Positions 9,020 through 16,485 of a stretch of 41,233 bases of DNA are shown in pieces. The notes under the pieces are model-generated. The model was not told the origin of the DNA, ran no database searches, and worked only from the letters and a program-made list of their open reading frames with translations. The stretch is from the IMG/VR virus record IMGVR_UViG_3300028777_000007, positions 1 through 41,233 of that record; one strand, 5' to 3'. The stretch's first letter is position 1; the number at the start of each line of letters is the position of its first letter. Source of the DNA: a virus (taxonomy: Duplodnaviria; Caudoviricetes). The position numbers and the translations under genes are program-made.

Positions 9020-9484
9020 TTAGGCTTGAGCAATGTAGCCGCTAGTGGTGAAAGCCTTCCAATAAGACCGTGGTGTGCCGCTGCCGAGTTTGGCTTTAAT
9101 CTGCGCCAGTGCGGCGAGCGCTTCGCCTTCGGTAAACGTATCGCCAAGTGCTTGCAACTGGGCCAGTGCTACAAGGCGCGTATTAGTAGCTGGGGCGGCC
9201 ACACTGCGCCAAGCCATACCCATACCTGTTTTGGCCCCTGCTTGCATGGTGGCGCGGTCCTGGGCGGCCTTACCGGCCAATTTAAAGGCTGGCACTACAT
9301 GCACATAGGCAGTTGTTTCGCCGCTGCCAAAATCCATGGTGTCCGGGTCGGCCAGCGCGGCGGCAATAATGGCGTTGCTTGGTGCGTGGTCCACAACAAC
9401 CGGGCCGTTAATGCTGCCATCGGCAAATACTGGGCCGATAAATGCGGCAACTTTAGGGGCGCGTGGTGAAGATGCAGTTTTCAT
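9020..9484 (-). CDS. hypothetical protein, stand-alone (pre-)early gene
   Basis: 154-aa ORF with RBS (caggt), its own promoter and terminator. Confidence 0.7.
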   Translation of the reverse strand: MKTASSPRAPKVAAFIGPVFADGSINGPVVVDHAPSNAIIAAALADPDTMDFGSGETTAYVHVVPAFKLAGKAAQDRATMQAGAKTGMGMAWRSVAAPATNTRLVALAQLQALGDTFTEGEALAALAQIKAKLGSGTPRSYWKAFTTSGYIAQA

Positions 9485-9534
9485 GGCGGTGTACCTGTAT
9501 TAGCGGCTAGGCGGTATTGCCTTGGCCTGAGTAA

Positions 9535-9562
9535 ACAATAGCACAGCGGTTGCACCGTGCAA
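9535..9562 (-). promoter_or_regulatory. sigma70-like promoter
   Basis: TTGCAC-16nt-TATTGT with an AT-rich UP-like tract at 9566-9593. Confidence 0.6.
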
Positions 9563-9602
9563 GTCATTTTTTAAACTATTTGCAAATTAATTTGCGCCGA
9601 GT

Positions 9603-9618
9603 TGGCACGGTCCTTGCT
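9603..9618 (+). promoter_or_regulatory. sigma54 (RpoN) -24/-12 consensus site
   Basis: TGGCACG-GTCC-TTGCT. Confidence 0.6.
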
Positions 9619-9820
9619 ACGCGTCTGCGCGCATAATAAAGGGCAGTCGTGTCCTAGCGCTTAGCAATTAGCGTGCCGAGTTCTATCTTGGTGCAGAGTG
9701 CTGAGACCAAAGAAAAGACACATCTCCATTCTCATGCAGATGTGTCCGGGGGTCGCGATCGCAGTTAGGAGACTTTCCCCACCAAGGTTCGTTTCCAGGG
9801 GGTGGGGCTTGGGGGAGAAC

Positions 9821-10060
9821 CTAAGCGCGCTGAATGTACCCCAAGTCGTAGAGCTGATAATAGGCGTAGTGCGCCTGTTGCTCAGTGCAGAGAAGCTGAG
9901 TTTTGATCCAATGAATCGCTGCTGCACGCATGAACGGTTTGGGATACGGAAACTGATCTACCATCACCTCGTATGCCCTGACGTAGCGCGGGCGTCCTGA
10001 TTTAGAGGGCCCAGCATAGACCAGTGGGATGTCGTTGAGTTGCATCGGTACGTTAGCCAT
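9821..10060 (-). CDS. hypothetical protein, 79 aa (start refined)
   Basis: MANVPMQL...; TAATG coupling to the upstream ORF. Confidence 0.6.
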   Translation of the reverse strand: MANVPMQLNDIPLVYAGPSKSGRPRYVRAYEVMVDQFPYPKPFMRAAAIHWIKTQLLCTEQQAHYAYYQLYDLGYIQRA

Positions 10061-10218
10061 TATGTGTTCGCCGCCATCGTTTTGTACAGTTGTAGGAAGG
10101 CTTGGTGGGCATTGGTGCCGCGCCACACCACACTACGCGCTCCGGCGGCCTTGGGGCCCCGTATCAAGAGGTAGTGGTAGCCTGTCATGATGCAATCTAT
10201 GCGCTGAATGCTATACAT
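10060..10218 (-). CDS. hypothetical 52-aa protein (not in the ORF track)
   Basis: MYSIQRIDCIMTGYHYLLIRGP...; RBS ggag; overlaps both neighbours. Confidence 0.6.
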   Translation of the reverse strand: MYSIQRIDCIMTGYHYLLIRGPKAAGARSVVWRGTNAHQAFLQLYKTMAANT

Positions 10219-10309
10219 TATCTTCTCCGCGCTTAGAGGCAGAGATCGACACGCACCAATAGACAGTGGTGATAGCGCTAAGAACGACGTAGATGAGGAT
10301 GTAGATCAT
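10211..10309 (-). CDS. 32-aa single-pass membrane microprotein
   Basis: MIYILIYVVLSAITTVYWCVSISASKRGEDNV, first ORF after the promoter at 10343-10371. Confidence 0.55.
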   Translation of the reverse strand: MIYILIYVVLSAITTVYWCVSISASKRGEDNV

Positions 10310-10342
10310 GACGGGGCCTGCGTTGTTGGTGGGTACAGTGCA

Positions 10343-10371
10343 ACTATAGCCCCTATAGTTGCACCGTGCAA
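10343..10371 (-). promoter_or_regulatory. sigma70-like promoter embedded in a 12-bp inverted repeat
   Basis: TTGCAC-17nt-TATAGT-TGCAC; inverted repeat GTGCAACTATAG-ccc-CTATAGTTGCAC at 10338-10364. Confidence 0.75.
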
Positions 10372-10385
10372 ATATTATTTTATCA

Positions 10386-12554
10386 CTAGAAGCGTGCCAC
10401 CATCGCTTCACAGAACGCGACCCAGTCCTCAATGGACACAACACCCTTCTTGAGAGCGTCAACGCCCTGTATCCTAACTCGGGCTTGGCCGATGTCCTTG
10501 GCCCCGCACTCCTTGATCATAGCAATGAGATCGGCCTTTTCCTGTCTTGGCAACAATCTTCCATCACTAGGCATGAAGGTCTCTACGAGCAGCGACATTT
10601 GCATGCGCCAGTCACCGGTCTTGGCGCGGAATGCTTCCTCCCCCGTCTTCTTAAGCATCTGCCAGATGTCAGCCTTGGCCCAGAATTGTCCCATGCGGCC
10701 CACCACATTAGACTCGCTTATGTATTGCTCGGCGGTGGACTCTGAGTGCTCAGTAGCTGAGCGAGTGTCCCCTGCTCTGAAGAGTTGATACCCGTATCGC
10801 AGGAGGGTAGCGCCGCATTCTTTGATGACATCACGGTTGGAGGTGAGTCTTCCATAGTAGTGATGAACTCCAACAACTTCAAGCGTAATGAATCTACGCT
10901 CTCCGTCGCCTTTTGAAGATCTGATATAGCCTCTGTTAGTGTCGACAGTAGTGAGGAATATTGAGGAATGTCGTGTGCATTCACTCGCATATTCCTTATA
11001 GAGCTCTCGCACATCCGTAGATCGTGTCGTGCTAAGGGTAAAGATGTTCTGCTCAACCTGTTTAGCATTGCCGTCAGCGGGATTGTATTCATCGAAGACT
11101 CCTAATAGATTGTCTCGGCAAGCCTTATACAGCTCGCCGAGTTCGGATTTGGCCCCATCTTTGGCGAGCTTCCCTACTCTCGGTCGGTAGCCCCAGTCGC
11201 CCAGTGCGGCTATAAAGGAATGCGGAAAATTTGACTTCCCACAGCCAGACGGGCCGACAAGTGCGCAGGCCCATTGGACGTCAACATCAGGATCAAGCGA
11301 CCAAAGTGCAACGATATCCCGTGACATGCGTATAATCGTCTCAGCCGTTTGCTCTTGAGTGAGCGGACCGGTGACTTTAATGCCCTCAGTGATAAGTCTA
11401 TTTGCCGCAGCATATGCTTGGTCCTCGGTAACTGGCTCTTGGCGCTCCAATAGCTCCAGCGGTATGCTGGTCTTGCGAGTGCTGAGTAGGTAGTTCAGGG
11501 CATCCTTGGCGAAGGTGTTGCGCACGCTTTCTCCATTGCCACGGTAGGCGCTGGTCTCTAGCCAAGTACGGAAGTCCATAACCAACGAGTCGAAGTCCTT
11601 GGGCCCAGCGTCAATATTGCTCATATCGTAGATCTGGTTACTAATGTCCATGGCTAGTTGGGCCCACTTTGGATAGCGGGTCAATCGCATGTAATTATCC
11701 AGGGTATGGACGGCGCTGATGTTATGAAACTTATCTTCCTTGGTCTCTAACTGGTACTCAGCTATTAGGAAGCCAGGAGGTACGAAGTCAGTTATCTCAA
11801 CGCCGGTCTGCTGTCGTAGTATCTCCATTGCCCAGTTGGCAGCGATCTGCCCTTGGGGCTGCTCCATGCACCAGTCGTCCCAGCCTACACCGCGCTCGTT
11901 CTCTGGTACTTCTAGGAACACAACTTTGATATCGTCTCGAATGAGATTGATCCAGCCTTTAAGTCCTTTAGCTGCTTCTTGAATTCCGGGCTTGTAGGAG
12001 ATATCACCGTCAAAACAAACAAGAAGTTTTGCGCCAAGTGCCATGTTTTTGATGGTGTGTTCGAGTTGCTCACCCATCTTCCCATTCTTTGACCATCCGG
12101 CGCATCCGCTAATAGCCAGCCCCGGTATTTCCAGAAACTTCGTCGCCAGTTCCGCGCTCGTAATCTTCTCATGTAACATCACCACGTTAGCGTGACATAT
12201 AACATCTTTCGGCTTGGTGAAGTGTAGGAACTCGCCCTTGAACATCTGCAAGAACTTGGGGCGGTCGGCGTACACTTGGGCCAGTTTACCCCGCACAAAA
12301 TAAAGGGCCTGCTCGGGGTAGTTGCAGACCCGTAGATGTCGTTTGGTATCGTCTGGTAGGCCGTCCTCGCCCTTGACCATAAAGGCCCAGCCCTGCAATG
12401 GATAGTCAGTACCATCCTTGAGGCTGAGCCCGTGGTTCTTGGTGCAGAATGGAATGATGGGACAATCTTGTATGGTAAGGCACCGAGCTTCTAAATACTC
12501 AGCTGCCTCTTGTAAATAGGTACTTCCGGCATCTGTAAAAAATTTAGTTGCCAT
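10386..12554 (-). CDS. primase-helicase (Toprim/DUF3854-like N-terminus plus VirE/VapE-like P-loop ATPase)
   Basis: HEK..SA, VCFDGD and GWDDW Toprim-like motifs; GPSGCGKS Walker A, VFDE Walker B, GERRF arginine finger. Confidence 0.8.
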   Translation of the reverse strand: MATKFFTDAGSTYLQEAAEYLEARCLTIQDCPIIPFCTKNHGLSLKDGTDYPLQGWAFMVKGEDGLPDDTKRHLRVCNYPEQALYFVRGKLAQVYADRPKFLQMFKGEFLHFTKPKDVICHANVVMLHEKITSAELATKFLEIPGLAISGCAGWSKNGKMGEQLEHTIKNMALGAKLLVCFDGDISYKPGIQEAAKGLKGWINLIRDDIKVVFLEVPENERGVGWDDWCMEQPQGQIAANWAMEILRQQTGVEITDFVPPGFLIAEYQLETKEDKFHNISAVHTLDNYMRLTRYPKWAQLAMDISNQIYDMSNIDAGPKDFDSLVMDFRTWLETSAYRGNGESVRNTFAKDALNYLLSTRKTSIPLELLERQEPVTEDQAYAAANRLITEGIKVTGPLTQEQTAETIIRMSRDIVALWSLDPDVDVQWACALVGPSGCGKSNFPHSFIAALGDWGYRPRVGKLAKDGAKSELGELYKACRDNLLGVFDEYNPADGNAKQVEQNIFTLSTTRSTDVRELYKEYASECTRHSSIFLTTVDTNRGYIRSSKGDGERRFITLEVVGVHHYYGRLTSNRDVIKECGATLLRYGYQLFRAGDTRSATEHSESTAEQYISESNVVGRMGQFWAKADIWQMLKKTGEEAFRAKTGDWRMQMSLLVETFMPSDGRLLPRQEKADLIAMIKECGAKDIGQARVRIQGVDALKKGVVSIEDWVAFCEAMVARF

Positions 12555-12600
12555 TTATGGCTCCAGGGGGTATGCTTGTTGCTCGTTGCTGTACGCCTTC

Positions 12601-12634
12601 GCCCCACTAGTTCGCTCTAGTGGGGCTTTTTATT
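12601..12634 (+). terminator. terminator-like hairpin with the U-tract on the plus strand, antisense to local genes
   Basis: GCCCCACTAG-ttcgct-CTAGTGGGGC-TTTTTATT. Confidence 0.6.
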
Positions 12635-12650
12635 GCGTAACGGGGCGCCC

Positions 12651-12679
12651 AGTATGCGCTAACCAAGCGCCCAGTGCAA
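12651..12679 (-). promoter_or_regulatory. sigma70-like promoter for the primase
   Basis: TTGCAC-17nt-CATACT. Confidence 0.55.
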
Positions 12680-12772
12680 AGCGGTAGCCACTAAGCACAC
12701 AGCGGTCACGGAGAGGCTTAGGCTCAGTATTACGGCAAGGGCCCACACCAACCATTCATCCCCGCTGTTCAT
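12659..12772 (-). CDS. 37-aa membrane microprotein
   Basis: MNSGDEWLVWALAVILSLSLSVTAVCLVATALHWALG; RBS ggagg and ATGA overlap. Confidence 0.6.
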   Translation of the reverse strand: MNSGDEWLVWALAVILSLSLSVTAVCLVATALHWALG

Positions 12773-12846
12773 AGGTCCTCCCAGAACACTTCTATCAGCG
12801 CCAGTAGGAAGATGGACCCCAGTGCGATTGCGATAATATCAGCCAT
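12769..12846 (-). CDS. 25-aa membrane microprotein
   Basis: MADIIAIALGSIFLLALIEVFWEDL; RBS gaggg; overlaps both neighbours. Confidence 0.6.
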   Translation of the reverse strand: MADIIAIALGSIFLLALIEVFWEDL

Positions 12847-12961
12847 TGTTTTGACCCTCATGCAGCCCGCGTTGATAACCACGTTCTTCAACCTTGTTCA
12901 TCATATCAACAATGGCAAGGTCTAGGACGACGAACACAACCACACCGATAATCCACCACAT
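12839..12961 (-). CDS. 40-aa membrane microprotein
   Basis: MWWIIGVVVFVVLDLAIVDMMNKVEERGYQRGLHEGQNNG; RBS gaggag. Confidence 0.65.
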   Translation of the reverse strand: MWWIIGVVVFVVLDLAIVDMMNKVEERGYQRGLHEGQNNG

Positions 12962-12962
12962 T

Positions 12963-13520
12963 TTATTTCTCCTCGATGCCTAGCAGCCTTAGCAGTGTAG
13001 CACGCCCCGGACCTTCACTGGTAGCTGGCACCAACTTCAGCACCTTGGCGATGAACAACAACCGAGCTGCTACGGGCCGATACTTGTGGCGGGCTACGAA
13101 TCTATCGTATAACTCTTGAACAGTGAACTTACGAGATATATCGCCGTTGTGCGTCAGGTGAGTGGTAATGCGATAAGCTAATGCTATGTCGCTTAATTCC
13201 GGCGACGTGTCAGTACCGAACATCTCCACCAGATCCCAAAGGCCGCTAGAGCAGGGCCCAGCCTCCATAATCTGCCCGATAGTGATGTAATGCACCACTG
13301 GATCTGGCTTAGACTTGGCTTCACGGATGAACGCCTTATGCGTGATGATGAATCTACTCCAGTCCCTATCCCGTGCGAGAGATAAGTACCGAGCTTCAGG
13401 ATCCCCGTTGGTAAACAGGTATGCTTGATCCAGGTAGCACACCGCATACCACTCGCCCCGCAGATACCACCTCTGCCCGGGATTGACTTGCTTCCCTTCT
13501 ACGACCAGAGTATCACACAT
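12963..13520 (-). CDS. hypothetical protein, 185 aa (start refined)
   Basis: RBS gagga before ATG 13520; contains an IT...I..AGPC..G motif. Confidence 0.7.
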   Translation of the reverse strand: MCDTLVVEGKQVNPGQRWYLRGEWYAVCYLDQAYLFTNGDPEARYLSLARDRDWSRFIITHKAFIREAKSKPDPVVHYITIGQIMEAGPCSSGLWDLVEMFGTDTSPELSDIALAYRITTHLTHNGDISRKFTVQELYDRFVARHKYRPVAARLLFIAKVLKLVPATSEGPGRATLLRLLGIEEK

Positions 13521-13521
13521 T

Positions 13522-13644
13522 TTATAGATCCTCGAATTTAATGGGGCAGCACCAGCCATCAATGAACTGGTAGTATGGGTCAGTATGGCCTCTGTCTGTA
13601 TAATCCCACAGGACGAGGCCATTAATCCAGTAGCAGGAAATCAT
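13522..13644 (-). CDS. hypothetical 40-aa protein
   Basis: MISCYWINGLVLWDY...; ATGA overlap; fills the gap exactly. Confidence 0.5.
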   Translation of the reverse strand: MISCYWINGLVLWDYTDRGHTDPYYQFIDGWCCPIKFEDL

Positions 13645-13844
13645 TTCAACGCTTCTTCGATGAGAGCATCGACGTTATAAATCACCGCCTCTGGGTCCAG
13701 ATACACGCCGTTGCTTCGGGCCCCGGCTCTGATGATGGCCGCCATTTCGCAGCGTAGCTTGAAGAGTGTAGCTACTGATTCGTTACGGCAGTCGCTCATT
13801 CCATCTAATTGCCGCAGAGCCTCGAGCTTAATTTTGAGTTCCAT
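13641..13844 (-). CDS. hypothetical protein
   Basis: RBS aggag; part of the packed leftward operon. Confidence 0.65.
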   Translation of the reverse strand: MELKIKLEALRQLDGMSDCRNESVATLFKLRCEMAAIIRAGARSNGVYLDPEAVIYNVDALIEEALK

Positions 13845-13855
13845 GTGCTTAGCTC

Positions 13856-14218
13856 CTAGAATGGGATGTCGTCGTCGAAGATATCTTCATCACCAAGGAC
13901 CTGCTCCTTAGAGTGTTCTTCCTCGTCATGCCCGATGGCGAGCATGTTACGGATTTCCTCGTTAATTTTGTCCAGAGCGTGCTGAGCCTCGCCCGCCCTT
14001 TTATACAGGGCCCCCAACTTGATATTATGGTATTGGCCCTGTACGTCTTCAAGTGTCACAGGCCAAGTGACTTCTACCTCAGCAATGAATGGGTATTCTT
14101 TATTAGATTTTGAGTCCCGCATGCAGGGGTCGGTAAAGACAGTCCAGTCCTCACCCCAGCTTTGCAGTGACAGATGGAGGTAGAGCTTAGTGGGTAGAGG
14201 CTTGGTAAACTGTTTCAT
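13856..14218 (-). CDS. hypothetical protein with a bacterial SSB-like C-terminal tip (DDDIPF)
   Basis: Start refined to MKQFTKP; ends GDEDIFDDDIPF. Confidence 0.75.
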   Translation of the reverse strand: MKQFTKPLPTKLYLHLSLQSWGEDWTVFTDPCMRDSKSNKEYPFIAEVEVTWPVTLEDVQGQYHNIKLGALYKRAGEAQHALDKINEEIRNMLAIGHDEEEHSKEQVLGDEDIFDDDIPF

Positions 14219-14256
14219 TTGAGGCACCTTTGCTTGGTTTTGGTTAACGTGGTGCA

Positions 14257-14286
14257 ACTATAGCCCAGCCTATATAAGCAGTGCAA
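14257..14286 (-). promoter_or_regulatory. leftward sigma70-like promoter
   Basis: TTGCAC-18nt-TATAGT-TGCAC. Confidence 0.75.
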
Positions 14287-14318
14287 CCACTATTTTATAA
14301 TTTGATTAAATAAAGCAG

Positions 14319-14347
14319 TTGCACTACTATATAGGCTGGGCTATAGT
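14319..14347 (+). promoter_or_regulatory. rightward sigma70-like promoter
   Basis: TTGCAC-17nt-TATAGT-TGCAC. Confidence 0.8.
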
Positions 14348-14389
14348 TGCACCGTACCAACCAAAACCACTCCAGCAAGGGGCTACAAA

Positions 14390-14581
14390 ATGTCTAAGAC
14401 ACGTGTTAATCGCAAAGTGCCGAGCGTTGAGATCCTGTTCCTGCGCCACTCCAAGGCTAATATAGCCGTGCCGAGCGCTAAGCAGTACGTCCGTGATTTC
14501 AGCAAGCTGGAGTTGAGCCGAGCGCTCAGCACTGAGCACGTCGTGGCACAACTGGCGCGCCGCCAAAGGAACGTAAAATGA
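14390..14581 (+). CDS. hypothetical basic early protein
   Basis: First ORF after the promoter; RBS aagggg. Confidence 0.65.
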   Translation: MSKTRVNRKVPSVEILFLRHSKANIAVPSAKQYVRDFSKLELSRALSTEHVVAQLARRQRNVK

Positions 14582-14697
14582 CACCGCATGACCGCTGGCT
14601 TGAAGAGGGCATGGATGGGGCCGAGGAGGAAGATCCTAAAGCCCCGGTTGATGATGACCCAGCCGAGCCCAACGATTACCCCGAGGAAGATCAATGA
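14578..14697 (+). CDS. 39-aa highly acidic microprotein (not in the ORF track)
   Basis: MTPHDRWLEEGMDGAEEEDPKAPVDDDPAEPNDYPEEDQ; ATGA overlaps at both ends. Confidence 0.65.
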   Translation: MTPHDRWLEEGMDGAEEEDPKAPVDDDPAEPNDYPEEDQ

Positions 14698-14876
14698 AAG
14701 CGTTCAGAGTTATGGTCAACGACCTGCAAAACGGCACGGCTGTCTGGCAAGACAAGCTGACCGAGCGCCAAGCGCGGAACGAAGCCAAGGCCCAGCGTAA
14801 AGCTCAGCCGAAGCGTAACTTCTTTGTTTCTGAGTACGAAGAGGCCCGCGAAGGGGCCAACAAGTTGGAGGCGTAA
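14694..14876 (+). CDS. hypothetical protein
   Basis: RBS gagga; ATGA overlap. Confidence 0.7.
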   Translation: MKAFRVMVNDLQNGTAVWQDKLTERQARNEAKAQRKAQPKRNFFVSEYEEAREGANKLEA

Positions 14877-14877
14877 C

Positions 14878-15069
14878 ATGGCAATGATATCTGCTCGCAC
14901 CATGCAAATCCTCGATTGGCTGATCAAGGAAGCTGCAACGAAACTCGGCACTATGGAAATTGACAGCGGTGAGCGTAAAGAGTTTGCCAGCCGCCTGCGT
15001 GGGGCCCGTGATGCACTGGCTGAAATCCGCACCGTGCGCAAAGAACTCTGTCAGGAGGATCAAGCATGA
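14878..15069 (+). CDS. hypothetical protein (start refined)
   Basis: RBS ggagg before ATG 14878. Confidence 0.65.
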   Translation: MAMISARTMQILDWLIKEAATKLGTMEIDSGERKEFASRLRGARDALAEIRTVRKELCQEDQA

Positions 15070-15257
15070 CCAAGTTTATCGTAACGTGGTGGGACGAAGG
15101 TAACCGCGAGATCATTTCGCAGGAAGTTGAAGCCAAAGATATCTTCAATGCGTACGATGCTGCTGCGCTTCCTATCCTACAGCGGCCAACCGCTCAGCTG
15201 GACTTGGCTAACATCGTATTCGACTCGGTGAAGATCACCATTGAGCGTGTATTATGA
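15066..15257 (+). CDS. hypothetical protein
   Basis: RBS aggagg; ATGA overlap. Confidence 0.7.
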   Translation: MTKFIVTWWDEGNREIISQEVEAKDIFNAYDAAALPILQRPTAQLDLANIVFDSVKITIERVL

Positions 15258-15451
15258 GCTTCCTAAAGGTCATACCATTTAAGGATGACGCCAACTCCCT
15301 AGAAGTAAGGACCGTAACGGGTCAGGTGATTGGGTTCCTAAAGAGATACCACGACGAGTGGGCATTCGTGCCAAACTCAAGCGGTGCGCGCCTCAACCCT
15401 GAGGTTCTTAACGAGTTGTGCGAACTCATACAGAAGGAGATTCTTAAATGA
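15254..15451 (+). CDS. hypothetical protein
   Basis: ATGA overlaps on both sides. Confidence 0.65.
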   Translation: MSFLKVIPFKDDANSLEVRTVTGQVIGFLKRYHDEWAFVPNSSGARLNPEVLNELCELIQKEILK

Positions 15452-15726
15452 GCAAGTGCATAAAGACAGGAGCCAAAGTCTGGTTCACAGAACTGGGCAT
15501 CATCATCAGCGCCGATATCTACGCCGTTGGGCCCGCCGCTCTGGTGGTGCGCATGGCGGCTGAGCCGATCCATAAAGATGTATGGTTCGGGGAAGACGCC
15601 GTAGAGCAGGGCGCGACGCACACCGTTTTCGAATGCAACTTTGACGCCGGTAGTTGGGTGCGCCAGGATCTGGGCGTTGCGGTCGTCATGCGTAGCCACT
15701 TGGTAGGAGATCTCTGTGATGACTAG
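15448..15726 (+). CDS. hypothetical protein
   Basis: RBS aaggag; packed operon. Confidence 0.7.
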   Translation: MSKCIKTGAKVWFTELGIIISADIYAVGPAALVVRMAAEPIHKDVWFGEDAVEQGATHTVFECNFDAGSWVRQDLGVAVVMRSHLVGDLCDD

Positions 15727-15991
15727 TAACGACAAAATCCGCGAACTCACCATGCTCGCCATCGACTCACTAGTGGCCCTGCACGCCGCTATGGACCCGA
15801 CTGCTGCCAAGATCGTGGTCTGCGGCTACGACCCAGAGTCCGACATGACAGCGCTCATTTCCCTCAATCTCATTGAGGGCAAGGTGGACCGGGATCAGTA
15901 CACCAAGAACGCCGACAAGTTGCTCAACCTGGACCCAGAGAAGCCCACGCTGACTCTGGTCCCCAAAACCGACAAGGACACTTTGCAATGA
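15719..15991 (+). CDS. hypothetical protein
   Basis: RBS aggag; packed operon. Confidence 0.7.
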   Translation: MTSNDKIRELTMLAIDSLVALHAAMDPTAAKIVVCGYDPESDMTALISLNLIEGKVDRDQYTKNADKLLNLDPEKPTLTLVPKTDKDTLQ

Positions 15992-16224
15992 ACACCGCCG
16001 AGATGCTCGATTGGATTGCTAAATCATCCTATGAGGATCTGCTTCGTAAGTGGCGCTTTGAGCAGATCGGCTCCCCTTGGTTCAAGGGTGAAGTAGGGGC
16101 CGCCTACCGTAAGCGCATGGAGGCTTGCCGCAAGATCCTCAGCATTGAGGACGCTGTTGCAATCTCCAAGCGCGTCGGGTGGAACCAAGGTATCAATCCC
16201 CGTGATTTCAAGGAGCATGATTGA
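15988..16224 (+). CDS. hypothetical phage protein
   Basis: WI...SYE.LLRKWRF...GSPWF.GE.G pattern; RBS aagga. Confidence 0.75.
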   Translation: MNTAEMLDWIAKSSYEDLLRKWRFEQIGSPWFKGEVGAAYRKRMEACRKILSIEDAVAISKRVGWNQGINPRDFKEHD

Positions 16225-16427
16225 TGAAATCATTTGCTGACTGGACGCAGGAGTTAGCAGAGTCTCAGAACCACGAGCCAGAACCTAAGAGGCCCGTATA
16301 CGCAGAGTTCGCTGAGGAGTTAGATGAAGTTCAGTGCTCGTGCGGGGCAGAGTATGGGCCCCCTAACGCCGACGATGGGCGCCGCTACTGCAATCGGTAC
16401 AATGCAGGGAACCACTGCGCGCCCTAG
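16224..16427 (+). CDS. hypothetical Cys-containing protein
   Basis: CSCG...C...C; RBS aggag. Confidence 0.6.
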   Translation: MKSFADWTQELAESQNHEPEPKRPVYAEFAEELDEVQCSCGAEYGPPNADDGRRYCNRYNAGNHCAP

Positions 16428-16456
16428 TTGCACCCCGGCCACAAGCCTGCTATAGT
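16428..16456 (+). promoter_or_regulatory. sigma70-like promoter
   Basis: TTGCAC-17nt-TATAGT-TGCAC. Confidence 0.8.
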
Positions 16457-16485
16457 TGCACTGTAATTAACCAAGGGCTAGTATC

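Larger units (their letters stand above)
14251..14353. repeat. perfect 26-bp inverted repeat forming mirror-image divergent promoters
   Basis: 14251-14276 is the reverse complement of 14328-14353; outer arms ggttttggtt/aaccaaaacc; AT-rich centre. Confidence 0.95.
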
